Below, one piece after another: positions 13,400 to 27,400 of a stretch of DNA of 64,000 nt; position 1 is the stretch's first letter, and each line of letters starts with the position of its first letter. The notes below the pieces were generated by a model. It saw nothing but the letters and a program-made list of their open reading frames with translations, made no database searches and was not told where the DNA came from. Source of the DNA: the human T2T-CHM13v2.0 reference genome, Homo sapiens; assembly GCF_009914755.1 (NCBI RefSeq), contig NC_060928.1. One strand, written 5' to 3'. Made by a program: the position numbers and the translations under genes.

Positions 13400-13766
13400 T
13401 GCTGTGGACTGTCTGTGTCCCCTTAAAGTTCATATGTTGAAACCCTTATCCCAATGTAATGATATTTGGAGATGAGACATCTGGGAGGTAAGTAGGTCAT
13501 GAAGATGGGGCCCTCATGATGAGATTAGTGCTTTCATGAGAAGAGACATGAAAGAGCTCACTTCTTCTCTCTCTTTTCTCCATGAGAGGATAAGGCAAAA
13601 AGTCATCCATCCACAAATCAGGAAGAGTGGCCTTGCCAGGAACCAAATCAGCCAACATCTTGGTCTTGGATGTTCCAGCCTCCAGAACTATGAGAAATAA
13701 ATTTCTGTTGTGTTGTTTAAGCCACTCAGTCTATGGTAATTTTGTTATAGCAGCCCTGGCTAAGAA
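13400..13766 (+). mobile_element. MLT1A-type LTR
   Basis: tgctgtggactg..catatgttgaaa..ccctcatgatgagattagtgc..ccagcctccagaactatgagaaataaatttctg. Confidence 0.85.
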
Positions 13767-14270
13767 ATGAACGAACAACAATTCAGCATCATTTAATCAG
13801 GCAGCTTGTATTGAACCCAAAACTACTTCAAACTTTGTGAAATTGAACTAAACACACTTCTAAGTTCCACTTTCATCACATACTATCAAATTAGCGAAGA
13901 CAGCTGCTGCATAATGCCTGAAGGGAACTGTCCATTGATCTGGCAAAATTTAGCGTCACTTGAGCAAGATGTTATCAGGCTATAGCAACAATTACAATGA
14001 GTCAGCTAGTGCAGGAGCATGGAGAGAGAGGTGAATATTAATGTATATTCAGAGGGAGCACCTTGAAATAAGATATGACAGAGGGTGAACAAAACACTGA
14101 AATAGTTACTATGAGCTTTGAAGTTTCCCAGACAGACCTTTAAATTCTAGTTATGTCATTTTTCAGCTCTTTGGGAAAGACATTTAACATATTTGATGCT
14201 CAGCGCTCATCCTAAAATGTAATTAGTTATATGAAATTTATAAATAATAATATAAAATAATCCACATCAA

Positions 14271-14644
14271 TGTTATGAAGTGAACTGTGTTTCTTCAAAA
14301 TTCACACATTGAATTCCCAAACCCCAGAACCTCAGAATGGGACTGTATTTGGGACAAAGTCTTTAAATAGCTAAGTAGGTTAAAATGAGGTCATAGGGGT
14401 AGCCCCATTCCAATATGCCTGGTGTCTTCATAAGAAGAGATTAAGATGCAGGCATAGTCAGAGGCAGGACCACCTCTGTGAAGACAGAGGTAGAAGATGA
14501 CAGTCTATAAGACAAGGAGGGAGGCCTCAGAAGAAACCAACCTTGATGCTAGCTTGATCCCAAAATTATGAGAAAATAAATTTCTGTTGCTTAAACCATC
14601 CAGTCTACGGTACTTCATTATGGTAGCTTGAACAAACTAATACA
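14271..14644 (+). mobile_element. MLT1B LTR inserted into a MIR (MIR ~14110-14700)
   Basis: tgttatg..acctcagaatgggactgtatttgg..aaactaataca. Confidence 0.85.
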
Positions 14645-15689
14645 ATGTCTTAAGCACAGTACCTTATCCATAGTAGTGGCTTTCTGGTACATGTTACTTA
14701 CCTTCATTTACATAATAATATTTATAATATAGCATGAATAAAAATAAATTTTAAAATGTTATTGTACAATAAATAGCTAAATATGACTTCTTCTCAAATT
14801 CTACTTAAAGAAGTTAAGCCAGTTATTTGCAATGAATGTTTGGTTCAAAATATTACCAGGGTGATGAAATATATTTTATTGAACTTGCTTTCTTATTTTT
14901 TTTTCTTTTTTAAGCTTGGAAAGGTCCAAAAGCCCCAGCCAGGTAGGAAGGAGAAAGCAATACCATGCTCTTGTTAGAAGAAGCTGGTGCTGTTCTGTCA
15001 ACAAAGGTGATGGATAGAGTGGCCAAGGTCCATGCCCAGAGTGAAGAAGCTATAATAGGTAGGTCCAAAGGTGTGTCAAAAGAAAAATATTGCCTCAGAA
15101 AAAAAACAATTTAGAAGAGACAGTCCTTGCTAGGACACAGCTTCTACCACACCCTTGGCTAAACCCATGTTCTTCATTCCTGGTTTCCCATCCAGTCTTA
15201 GGATGCAGCCAACACAACAGCCCTTTTTCTCATCACTCTGGCTCCCAACCAGTTTGAGCCTGACCAAAGTCCCTGTCATGTTTAAAATATGTACTTTGCA
15301 GGCACCCAAATTATGCCAGGAACTATGAAATGCACCTCTGAATCTCCTAGAGAAACAACCACACTTAATAAACAGTAGGAGACAGAACTGAGATTCACAT
15401 CCAGATCTTTTCCTTCCAAAGTCTGCTCTCTTTTGAGGAGGCTGCTACAGTGCTATGTGGATGATGAGATATATAAAATGTATATCTGGACTGTATAAAC
15501 TTGAGAGAAATAAAAATGTACTAAGTATAAACATATTCTTCTAGGGAGGTAACGTAGAATAGGGGAAGACATTTATTCGTTCCCTTTTCTTTCAATAGTG
15601 ACCCTTCCCATTTTGGCAGGGCCATTATCTACCATTTTGCAAAGCCAAATGAGGATGTGTGTGCAGAAGTCCCCTGCACATTCCAGCAG

Positions 15690-15915
15690 GTATTGCGGTT
15701 GAGTGGATAAGCAGTAGACTTTGGAATCTTATGATCCTGCTGTGAATCTGAGCCCTATAACCTTCTAAATTTGTAATTATGGGCAAGTCTCCATAGTTCT
15801 CTCAACCTCAGTTTCCTCATCTGTATTATGAGTTGTAACACCTTCTTTGCAAGATTTTGTGAGGATTAAATCAAAGACTTGATGAAAAATGTCCATATAT
15901 AGTCAATGCTCAGTC
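15690..15915 (+). mobile_element. MIR
   Basis: gggcaagt..cctcagtttcctcatctgta..gtgaggattaaat. Confidence 0.8.
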
Positions 15916-16834
15916 ATTCCAATTCCGTCTTCCCTCTATATAATTGTTTGAGACTGTATTTTTGGAATTCATTTTCCATAAGAAAATATATGTCACCTCA
16001 CCATTTTTTACTTTTGTCCTTCTCTGTCCACTCTAGAGAGGACTCGGGAATGGCATCGTGACCACTAACATTCTTTTGAATAAATATTGGAAATTTTAAG
16101 AGCACTTCATGGATTCAAAACTGACCCCAAGAGGTGTTCCAGTATTTTGTTTTATTATTTGGCTTCATAATTTTCCCACTGTATTTCACTGCCTACCATG
16201 CTGGCAAGCAATATGGAACAAGGAAAACATAAATTAGGGGCAAAATCATCTACTGGAATTGGTCACTCATTTTAGGTAGCCTGAGGCTGCATCTGTAGTG
16301 TGCCAAAATAACCCATCCACACTGAAAGAGAATCTCTCACACTGCTCATTTGCCATCAAGAATCTGACAATTATTGTCATCTTTCTTTTATCTGTTCATG
16401 GATTTTGAATGGTGATGACAAGCTCTGTTGAGTTGTACAAAGGGGAAATTTGACTGGACATTTGATTTCCATTATCTCTGTTTTTAACTGGGTGGACTAC
16501 GAGAACCAATAATTCACTTGTGTGTATATATTAAGGATTTAATATGGAGCCACAGCCCAATCATTTCCAAAATGAATTTAGCTATGTTATAGTAAATCAG
16601 GCAAATGAAGCGTGCTTCATAAATTTCATCACTATTAAAATAAAGGTCACATTCAAAGGAGAGGGACACAAGTTGGAAATTAATGCCTGGTTGTAAATGT
16701 TTGGGGATTAGAAATTTAAATTGCACAGCTCAATTCTGTTAATATTGAAGTGCATACTTTGAAACACTGGCAGTTTCAATAAAGAGGATTCAAATGAAGG
16801 AGTAAAAGTTTTAAAGTTTCCTTCAACTGATTGT

Positions 16835-16960
16835 GAATGTAAATCACTTGGGAAGCACCTTTAAAATATGGATTCCTGGTCCCCAGCCTGAGGATTCTGA
16901 TGTGGTAGGTCTAGGGTAGGGGTGTTGATTAATGCTCCATGGTATTTCTGAAAATCACAG
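16835..16960. mobile_element. MER5A
   Basis: gattcctggtcccca..gattctgat..gtaggtctagggtagg. Confidence 0.7.
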
Positions 16961-17853
16961 CTATAAATGCAATTTCGGTTACTCACCTGCCTTGCTCCCT
17001 CCCCTCCCCTCTGGCTACACCTTCTTTGGGCCTTAGGTATTCCCTGCTCAGAATCTTGTAACAGATCTTGCCCCTCATCACAGGAATTAAAAGAATGTTA
17101 TATTTGTGGCTATTATTAAATATAAAAATCACCTGTGTGATGAGTGTCAAATAAAAACAAATCCAGACTTATGTAAGGAGAGACTTTATTTTTAAAAGAT
17201 TGATACAAGAAGGGAGAAAAGGCACACAAAATGTAGAGGGATTGATTTACCCATTTAAGCCTTCCGGGATCGTAGGGCTCAGGTAAATTTCCACATTTTC
17301 ATGAGCCCATCATTGATTGACCTTATCATCTATTCAGCAATTACTGAGCATGCACTATGTTCCTGAAACTGCTTTTGATTTCTGAGATGCAAATGGATCT
17401 GTCATCAAGACAACTGCAGTCCAGTAGGAGAGACAGGTAGGTAAACCAAGTTGCAAGAAGTGCAATGAATTGTATAATTATAGAATGTGCAGGCTGGTTT
17501 GGAGAAAAAAAAAAGGGAAACTTCCTTTTCTTTTCTTTCTCTTGAGTGCCTTTGTGAAGATGAAGAGGAAATATCCATTTGTTAAGACTCATGGTGTCTC
17601 ATCTCCCAATCCTCAATCCTCTCCAAGAGGTCTGACTGGTTGCAGAGCTTGAGAAGAGACACTGAGTAAGTTTTGTCATCACAGAATGATATCATGTTTT
17701 CTGTTCTGCTTGTGATAATCTGTTGATAAAGTCCTGGGCCCCTACAGAAAGGTCTATGGTTCCTCAACACTGCTCTGCTCACAAATGGGTGGGTTAGTCT
17801 ACCTAATTTTGAGGATGACATTAGGACACAAGGTCCATTATTGAAAAGTTCTT

Positions 17854-18145
17854 GGCCAGGTGTGGTAGCTTATACTGTAATCCCAGCATTTTTGGGTGGT
17901 CGAGGTGGAAGGATTACTTTGAGTTCAGGAGTTTGAGACCAGCCTGGGGAAGATAACAAGACCCTCATCTCTACAAACAAATAAAAATTTAGCTGGGCAT
18001 GGTAGTGCACACCTGTAATCCCAGCTCCTTGGAGGGCTAAGGCTGGAGGATCACTGAGCCCAGGAATTCAAAGCAGCAGTGAGCTACAATTCCAGCCTGG
18101 GTGACAAAGCAAGAGCCCTGCCTCTAAAAAATAATAATAATAAAA
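17854..18145 (+). mobile_element. AluJ
   Basis: Dimeric Alu with J-type diagnostics and an (AAT)n tail. Confidence 0.9.
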
Positions 18146-18180
18146 TAGATGATATTTTCATCACTATTTCCCTTATATCC

Positions 18181-18741
<561 letters not shown>

Positions 18742-19148
18742 ACTAATATATCTATTAGATTTTTATATTACTTGTCTTGGGGTAGAGGGGTGTGTGTGTA
18801 TGTGAACCCATTTTTCAACAAATTCTACTCCTCTCATGCATTTTTATGATAGTAGGTATTGTTTGTGTTTGTAAAAACCAAGGTAGAGGCTGAGTTGACA
18901 CTCTTCTCACATGCAGTACCAGAGACTGCATGAAAAAAGAGACAGTATAGAGAAAGAAGAGGATGGCATAGAAATAACCATGTCACATAGTTATTTCTAC
19001 ACAGAAATTATTTCTACAGTTATCTACACAGACCCAAATGCTCTGATTTTTCTAGCAATTCTCAAGCTTCCTTTACCTTGAGAGCACAGGTGTTATTATC
19101 TCAATCTCAAGGGGCAGAGAGAATCTAGTGGACACCTAAGTACACGCA

Positions 19149-19770
19149 TGGTGTGGTTTGAATGTGTCCCCCAAAATGTAATATGTTGGAAACATATGAA
19201 CTTTTTTTTCTTCTTTTTTGGGGTATGCTGATTTCATATTCCCCTACCACAGGCTGGCTTTTCCATATAGCAAGGCATATGTGGTCATAAACAACTTCCA
19301 GGCTCACACTGACATGATGTCATTATATCAATGGAAATGTCTCTTCTCTTGTAGCTCCAGTATGAAAAACTCTTGGAAAGAATTCTTACTGACCTGCCCT
19401 GAATCAGATAGGTAACAGTATTGAGATGTGGGACATGTAACAGGGGGAATGAATTAATGTCATTATTTCAGGAGTGAGTAAATTCTATAAGGAGTAATTT
19501 AGTTCTCTTGCGAGTAAATTCATTCTCTTAAGAGTGGATTGTTATAAAAGCAAGCTTTGTTTGGTCTTACAGTCTCTTTCACATGTGTACAGTTGCCCTT
19601 CCACTTTTCTGCCATGTTATGACACAGTACAAATGTCCTAGCCAGAAGCTGCCACCATGTCCATGGATGTTCCAGCCTCCAGAACCATGAGCTAAATAAA
19701 GTTACAGTCTTTATAAATTACCTAGCCTAAAGCATTCTGTTACAGTAACAGAAAATGGACTAAGATAACA
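19149..19770 (+). mobile_element. MST (MSTC/D-like) LTR carrying a foreign ~210-bp insert
   Basis: tggtttgaatgtgtcccccaaaa..tgttggaaac [insert] aacagtattgaga..ccagcctccagaaccatgagctaaataaa..aatggactaagata. Confidence 0.8.
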
Positions 19771-19979
19771 CAACTGCAATTTACATTTCATCTTGCAACC
19801 ATTGGAAGCCACTGGATGCTCTCAACATAGGAAATAGATCTGATCAGATTTGCATTCTAAAAATTCTGTTATTCTGAAATATTCTCCATCATAGTATGAT
19901 TGACTATGATGGACGATTGTCTGAACAGGAGCAAAACAATGAGGATGAATACAAGTTAGGAGATTTTTGCAAGAAATTA

Positions 19980-20272
<293 letters not shown>

Positions 20273-20604
20273 GAACTGTGATAGTAAAAATGCATAGCAG
20301 AGATAGAATTCAAGATAGTAGTTAGTAGATAGAATATGTGGATTTTGATAACTACTGTCTTTCTACCATAAGGCTTCAGGTTAATCAGTCATCTTAGCCT
20401 GTGATCAACTGCTTCCTTTATTATGTTATCTTCAGTAAAAGGACTTCCAAAACTCATTAGAAAAGCAGAAAGCTGGAGTGAAAATAACATAGACTTTGAA
20501 ATGATACAGGTGATTTAACCTAATTTTCCTCATATATAAATGGAATAAATATCTATCTTGTAGAAATTTCACAAATATAGCAGAAATTACCTTCAAGTAC
20601 CTGG

Positions 20605-21130
20605 TATATTTAATCAGTATTTCTGGTTGCAATAGAGAGCAACACAATTCAAACAAATTGACAAGAGGATTTATTAGAAGGATACAGGAAAATCACACAG
20701 ATGGGCTGAACAACCAAACCTCCACATAGCAGGAGCCAGAGCGGAATGGAGATCACAGGACTGAAAAGAGTACCTTCTTTTTTACAACCTCCACTCTTCT
20801 TTTGGGGTGCATGTTGATTCCATATTCCCCTACCACAAACTGGCTTTTCCATATAGCAAGGCATATGTGATCATAGACAGCTTACCGGCTCACACTAACA
20901 TGATATCAATATATCAATGGAAATGTCTCTTTTCCTGTAGCTCCAGTATGAAAAACTCTGGGAAAGAATTCTTACTCATCTGTCTTGCTCATCTGTCTTA
21001 CTCATCAGATATAGTCATGCTGGACAGGGAGATAGAAAAGGGCATATTTTTTTGAAAACTTTTCAAAGAAGCAATTCACAGAAGAAGTAGACGCCATTCA
21101 GGATAAACACATCAGTAGGTTCTCACCACA
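20605..21130 (-). mobile_element. Old MLT1-like LTR (likely donor of the 19.2-kb insert)
   Basis: tggttgcaa..aattcaaac..gatttattagaaggatac resembles antisense old MLT1 ends. Confidence 0.45.
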
Positions 21131-22419
21131 TCTGGAATATATAGTTAGTGGCTAACAATTGATATCATATTAAATGCAATGTTTTGAGAGACACTAAGTG
21201 TTCTTATTAAATAATTAAAATTTTCATTCAGCTTAGTCATCTATGCTCTAATGTTAACACACTTACTATACTTCAATTGATTAAATATCAAAATATATCT
21301 TTATTAAGAAAGAGATATTAATACTCTATCTTTAAAATATTGCTGGAGATTTGGGATGGAAACAAGCTCAACCCTGTTTCCCACTGAAATTCCAACCAAC
21401 AAACCAAGATAGGAATGAGTATCAATTAGAGTTGAAGGTCTCAGGTTTATTAATGTTTCAACAAAGCATAATCACTCCTAAATGCATAGTTTCTGATACG
21501 CTTTATCACAGGACAATCCTTGAACAAGAAAACAAAAAGCTATTTTCACCTCCAGCTTCAATGCCCCTAGGTGCACAATGCATGTTTTACAAAATGTCTA
21601 CACCAGTAAAATGTTGCAAAGTTGCAGAGATCCTGGAAGCCCTGACAGGCCAGATGAGTATAACATACAGAAAAAAGAAAATTTAAGAGCAAGCAAGAAG
21701 GCAAAATCATGTGAGCATCCACTCAGTCTGGGTTCAGGCCAGTACGAGTGGTCAGAAGGCCAAGGGCATGACCTTTCCACAGTGCTTCTATTCTCTATTG
21801 AAATGCATCCCAACACAGGTCAGATTATTTACTCATCCTGCTTTGGGGAACAGAGAGAAGTAATATGTCTTCTCTGCCCTTCCCTGTAAGGTAGAGAAAT
21901 TACAGGAACTTATTTTCTCTGTGCTATAATATAGAGAAAAAAAAGAGGAGGAGCAATTTCCTTCTAAAAAGGTCTACCTTTTGTCATTCACATTTAGCAC
22001 AAAAGATGAAAGAACTCCCAACTTCACTTCCCCATCAATTCTTTCCAACCAGATGAGGATGTTACTGGGAATGTCTGTCCTGCTCCCTTCATGTAGTCCA
22101 CCAGTACAGCTCTGAGGAACCCTTGCATAATCAACCAAATTTAGACATATGGCTTTCCTGATCCCTTCCTCCAAAATCATCTGATTCACCTCTCACTGCA
22201 GACCAATGTCAAGTGTTCCTACAGCATAGTCCAGTGTGCCCCAAAGATGATCACATAAAGAACATGTTCTTGCTCCTCATTTTTCCTTATTTCACTTATT
22301 ACATTGTCAGAGAAGCAGCATTGCCTTTGGCTCCTAAAGGCTTAGAAAGTTTGTTGGTCACATATGTATCTTTACCTTACCCTTTCCTAGTCCTTTGTGG
22401 GAAAACTAGTATGATGACC

Positions 22420-22705
22420 AGCACAGCCTTTGCAATATGCAAAATGATGTCCTCTCTGACATTGAGGCATTGTCTCCAAACTCACCTTTTGCACCTGGGA
22501 TAGCTCATCTCCTAAAAGGCTGCCTTCTTAGGAGGCCTCTCAAGAAAATCTCACTGGCCCTCCAAACCTAGTCTACCTGAAGCTGCAGCAGTCATCCATC
22601 ACAGAATGAGGACACAGCACTAGGACATTCTTTAGAACTTCAAAAATTCTAAATGCATCTTAGAACAACAGTCAGGGCCCATGTAACTATTGCTGACTTT
22701 GCCCT
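22420..22705 (+). repeat. Ancient local duplication, copy 1 (paralog at 31168-31460)
   Basis: Alignment by eye; shared cttttgcacctgggatag.tcatctcctaaaaggct.ccttc and agcactaggacat.ctttagaac. Confidence 0.9.
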
Positions 22706-23949
22706 TTTAGCAATGATACATTTTGCTTCCCTTGTGATGGGTTCTGCTTTCAAAAGTTGCCATCTTAGTCTAAAGCTGAGTATAAGATTCCAAAGAGATG
22801 ATTCTCAACATATTCCTTGGAATTTGAATTTATATGTAAATATGTATCTTCCTCAAGTTGTTGTGGTATGTGAATATATTGAAGGATCTTTTTAATGCTT
22901 TAAAGTTTTACCTTTTTTCTAACAAATCTAGAATATGTATTATTTGGTGTTGATTAGGTATGATGCTCATTCTGTAAAACAGTACCATAAGTAAATATAA
23001 GAAATGCTATGGGGCTTACAATGAATTTTCCATGGGCAATGGTGAAGTACAGAGTACGATCTTCCATGGCATTAAGTAATACTTTCTATGAGGATAATCT
23101 TGTAAGTGAATTAAGTCATGTCATAAAGTTTGTTCAAAACATAAATTACTTTTTTTCCATTTTTTCCAAGTTTTTAAACAGAATGTTTCATTATTATTAC
23201 AATTATTAATGCTAAGCACTAAGAATTTGAGTAATATAAAAAGATACAAGGGACACAAAATTCCCACATGACATCTCCCCTCTACTACCACAGGGAAATA
23301 ACCACAGCAACATTTTATAATAACATATTTTTCTTGATATTATAGACTCTGCATTTTATCTTGCCTTTTGTTTATCTATCCTTCTTACAGTAGTGATTTT
23401 GAAACTAGGCAACCAGTTTTTACTTCTACTAGTGGACGATCCTTGCTTTAAAAATGCTTTTCAGTCTTTATTTGCCTGTTATCAAAGTCCAGGAAAAAAT
23501 TATCCCTATGAATCCAACTTAATCATTGATATAATGTACAGTTAGGAAGTTAAAAACAAATTATTTCAATTTTATTAACTGCATTTTAAATTAAAAAGTA
23601 TTTAGACAGTATCAAATACATTTAATATTTTAATATATGTACATTTATTTCATTTTCATATTACATTACTATTATTTGCATTTAAATTTACAACCTATGA
23701 ATAAACATTTCAATATATACCACCAAGCTTCTAAAATTATTTCTTGATTTTGTAATTTTGATTATTTTTAAAGAATCCTTTTACTCAAAATTGCATCTAC
23801 TTATTCAATGTATTCTAGTTTCATATTGCAGACAAGAAATATAAAATAAGATTAATTATTACTTTGCATGAAACTTTTTATAACTGTGTCTTGTTCTTTT
23901 CCTTCCAGAATTCAGGTAAGTTTGTATTTAATTCGTACACAAAATACAA

Positions 23950-25356
23950 TTCAGTTGTGTTTTGTGCCCTTCTAGTATGGAAAAATACATCCCTGATAAA
24001 TTGACCATTCCATAGATAAAACTGTAAACAACAGATACAACACAAATTACTACACCTGAAAATACTGGAGAGTAAAAAAATAAAAAAAGTAGAAAATTCT
24101 GGACAAGCATCAACAATCGGAAAAATGCAATGGCATGAGATTAGCTGCCCTTGTTTATGACTTTTGGTGTGAGGGTAGATTGCAGTGGTCATTTGGGGAC
24201 AGCTAAATCTCGGACAGAAGATTGCAGTATTTTTGCCTTGAAGAACTAATAAATAGAAAGAATTTAGAGTTAACACAGCTGCCAAAAAGTAAGAAAGAAG
24301 CATGAGAAATGAGAAAGCAAGAGAGGAATGACTCAAACTCTGTGCTAAACTCTATTGAGATTTCTGACTAAACCCTGAAATATGCATGTGTAAGGCAAAC
24401 TGAAAGCTTTCTAATTAAAAATGAAAGAATTGAACTGAGATATGAGATGCTGCTGAAAAGACAAAGTTTTAAATTTAACTCTAAGTTAATTGACTATTAA
24501 AGCAACAACAACAAAAAATCAAAACTCTTTGGAGGCGTGCAACAGAATACAGTCTTTAGACCATAATATTTGAAATGCTATATATACAATCCAAAATTTT
24601 TCAATACATGCAAAAATAAGAACACATGATCAAAAGAAACAAAGAAAAACAATTTAAAAATTGCTTCAGATATTAGAATTCACACACAATAAATTTAAAG
24701 TACCTATTATAATTATGCACAGTGAATTTACAAGTTCCCTTTGCTATAAACAATGTAACATTTCTTGGAGAACTTAAATACATCCCATATAAATGGAGAG
24801 ATACATATTATGATCACGGATTGGAAGACTGAATTTGTCAGTTATCTCCAGATTTATTTATAATTAAATGCAAGTCCTATCATACTTCCAGTAAGGTTCT
24901 TTTTTTAATGAAGTAAATAAACAAGGCAATTCTAAATATTCTATAAAATGCAAAGGATCTACTATATTCAAAACAATCTTGTAAAATAAGAAAAAAATCA
25001 GAGCTTAAATTACCTGATTTCAAGACATGATAAAGCTGTAGTAATCAAGACTGTGTAATATTGGTATATAAATTGACAAATGCATCAATGAAACATTTCA
25101 AAGAACCCAGAAATAGACTCACACATCCAAAATAATTTCAATATTTGACAAGGTGCTAAAGCAGTCAAAAGAGGAAAAGAAAACTATTTAGCAAATAGTA
25201 CCAGGACAACTGGATATTTATACAGAAAAAAATAAACCTAGACCCTTACCTCCTACCATACTCAAAATTTAATTTGCAGTTGATAAAATATCAGAACACA
25301 AAAGCTAAAATTATGAAGATATCAGAGAAAAAATATAAGGAATGCTTTTTGTCCTT
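23950..25356 (+). mobile_element. Old L1M (5' part of the element split by the ERV)
   Basis: cacggattggaagact, tacctgatttcaagac..taaagct..gtaatcaagactgtg, cccagaaatagactcacac are L1 ORF2 motifs. Confidence 0.8.
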
Positions 25357-26400
25357 CCATTAGCCAATGGGGCCCAAGGTTAGAACAGGTGATTTGACGT
25401 GATTCATGGATGGGTCTGCAAAACCCAAAGCTGATAGATTCCCCAAGGCCACTGTGGCCATTCACTCTAAGGGTTCCTACATTTTGACTGAGACTTATGT
25501 GCAGTTATGATGAATCTTCAGTCCACTCCAACAGCATTTCCCAGCTGCATATTATAGACTCATGAGCCATTGGCTAACTGCATGGCCCAGTGACTTGCAG
25601 ATTAATTACTGGACAATTAAGAGACTCCCTGTGTAAGAACAGGAACTATGGTAGTGGTTTGAAAACTGGTAAGGAGACCTTTTTGTCACTCATATTGACA
25701 CCTGTGGCAAATGACCATTCAAAAGGGAATGTGGATTGAACTTGCATGTTGACCTAGTATGTGTTCAGTAAATCACCATGATTGCCTGCTGGGTCCATGA
25801 CAGAATGGGACATAGAAATGCAACTCAGGTGCAAAAATGGACTAAATCACAAAGACTAACTCTACAAGAAAAAGAAGCCAAGAATGGGGCACAGTCTTCT
25901 GACTTCTGCCACCAAACCTGGGGCATGCAGCGGTGAGTTAGGCCTCATCAACCTCATCAACAACACGTTTGCATAGGCCCCGTGCAAATGTGGCAAATTG
26001 ACCACACTTGACTGCCAGTGCCTAGCCACAGATTCTAGTGGTGCCTCTCTGCCACGAACACATAGTTTTAAGATCCCAATATGATGAAATCACCACATAT
26101 AAAACCCAGACAATTCAGCAAAGGGCACACTCCCATGGCATAACATGGATCCTTCTTGCTCCCCATAACCCCCAGGCAAATGGGGTGACAGAATGCAGGA
26201 ATGGACAACTCAAGCAACAACTTTGCAACAGCCAAGAGAAGAACAACTTAGCTGGTGTTAGGCCTACCTACCAAAAGCCATTTGGGTATCAATCATTATA
26301 CCCAGTGGAAGAGAAACAGCACCCCCACATAAGTTGGGCACTACTATGCTTGGAAGAGGTGGAGGACCAGGCATTCACCTAATTAGGCTGTTCCTGCAGA
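25357..26400 (+). pseudogene. pol: Degenerate class III (ERVL-type) pol: RNase H and integrase
   Basis: Manual translation: *FMDGSA (25400-25420), YWTIKRLPV*EQELW*WFENW*GDLFVTHIDT (from 25607), HHCC-like ACWVHDRMGH..SDFC (from 25784), WQIDH (25991), HGITWILLAPHNPQANGVTECRNGQLKQQL (26134-26223). Stops and deletions throughout. Confidence 0.88.
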
Positions 26401-26829
26401 ATCCCTAGTCTCAGTGTAGCCAACTGTTCTTTCCTTTATTTTTATTTTTTGCTGAAATTTACTCCCGGGGGTGTGGTTTGTGGTCCAGGCCTCAATGGTA
26501 CCAGCAGTAGGACCTCCCAATTCAAACTAAGAGGCAATGCTACCTTTGGGAGTGTCCCAACAGTGGGACCCCAATTTGATGGCGAAGGGATGACAGACAT
26601 TGGGGCACTAGGGTTCCCCTGGTCCCACTAAAGATTCCCAATCCTGTAGAAAGGGATGATGTTACAAGTGGGTGATGTTATAGGTATGGGGAGTTTCTTC
26701 AGGATGGAAATTCTTTACCCTGGTTGGACGATGAGGACTGAAAAGTTTGGATCAAGTAACAAGAACAATGGGAAAAGTGATAGATGAAAGCATCCCTGGC
26801 CTTGGGAGGTTCATGGAGTGGTAGGAGAG

Positions 26830-27400
26830 TGGAAACATTAATCTTTCCTCTTTTCATTCCTACAGAAGCTTTTGCCTTGCCAAGCAGGACCATACCCTGA
26901 TAAGAATCAGCACAGTCATGTGCAGCAGAGAACTCAAACAAAGCTAGATTTGTCATCCCAGCATGAAGTCCCTCTGGTCCCACACTCCCATTATAATGAC
27001 CTGGCCTACACACAATGACTTTAACTTTCCTCAAGCTCCAAGGCCAACAGAACTCACCAAACTCACTAGCCGAGGTGGTGATGGGCAACCAGATAGCCCT
27101 CAGTTGTTTGCTGGTGAAAGAAGAGGGCATTTATATTACTGGTGACATAGACGTGTGTGCATTAACAATTGGAGGAAGGCAGAAACCCAACTGGAGGCGA
27201 TCTAAGCTCAGGCAGAATGATTGTCAGCTATATGTCTGCAGTTTCTCTTAGACTCTTGTTTTAGACTCTTTCATTGAGTTTGAGGCTTCCGGTTGAAGAC
27301 TATTCTCCAGTGAGAACTGAACATCCTCCTGGGACTGGTTCTCCTGGTGACCCTGGTAAGGCACTATCTCAAAATGACAGAGGTACTCTGCAAAAAAAGA
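26830..27400 (+). pseudogene. env: Internally deleted retroviral env remnant (gamma-type)
   Basis: S*ICHP, a decayed CWIC motif (26942-26959); NSLAEVVMGNQIALSCLLVKEEGI, similar to the immunosuppressive domain (27060-27131); INNWRKAETQLEAI*AQAE*L heptad; hydrophobic ILLGLVLLVTLVR anchor. Confidence 0.8.

Noticed and set aside
23878-24336. 152-aa hydrophobic minus-strand ORF
   Set aside because: It is antisense to A-rich old L1-like sequence, has a non-ATG start, and shows no recognisable domain.
27015-27251. Possible domesticated, syncytin-like env
   Set aside because: Most of SU and the fusion peptide are deleted, the CX6CC motif is decayed, and the TM part has a frameshift and several stops.
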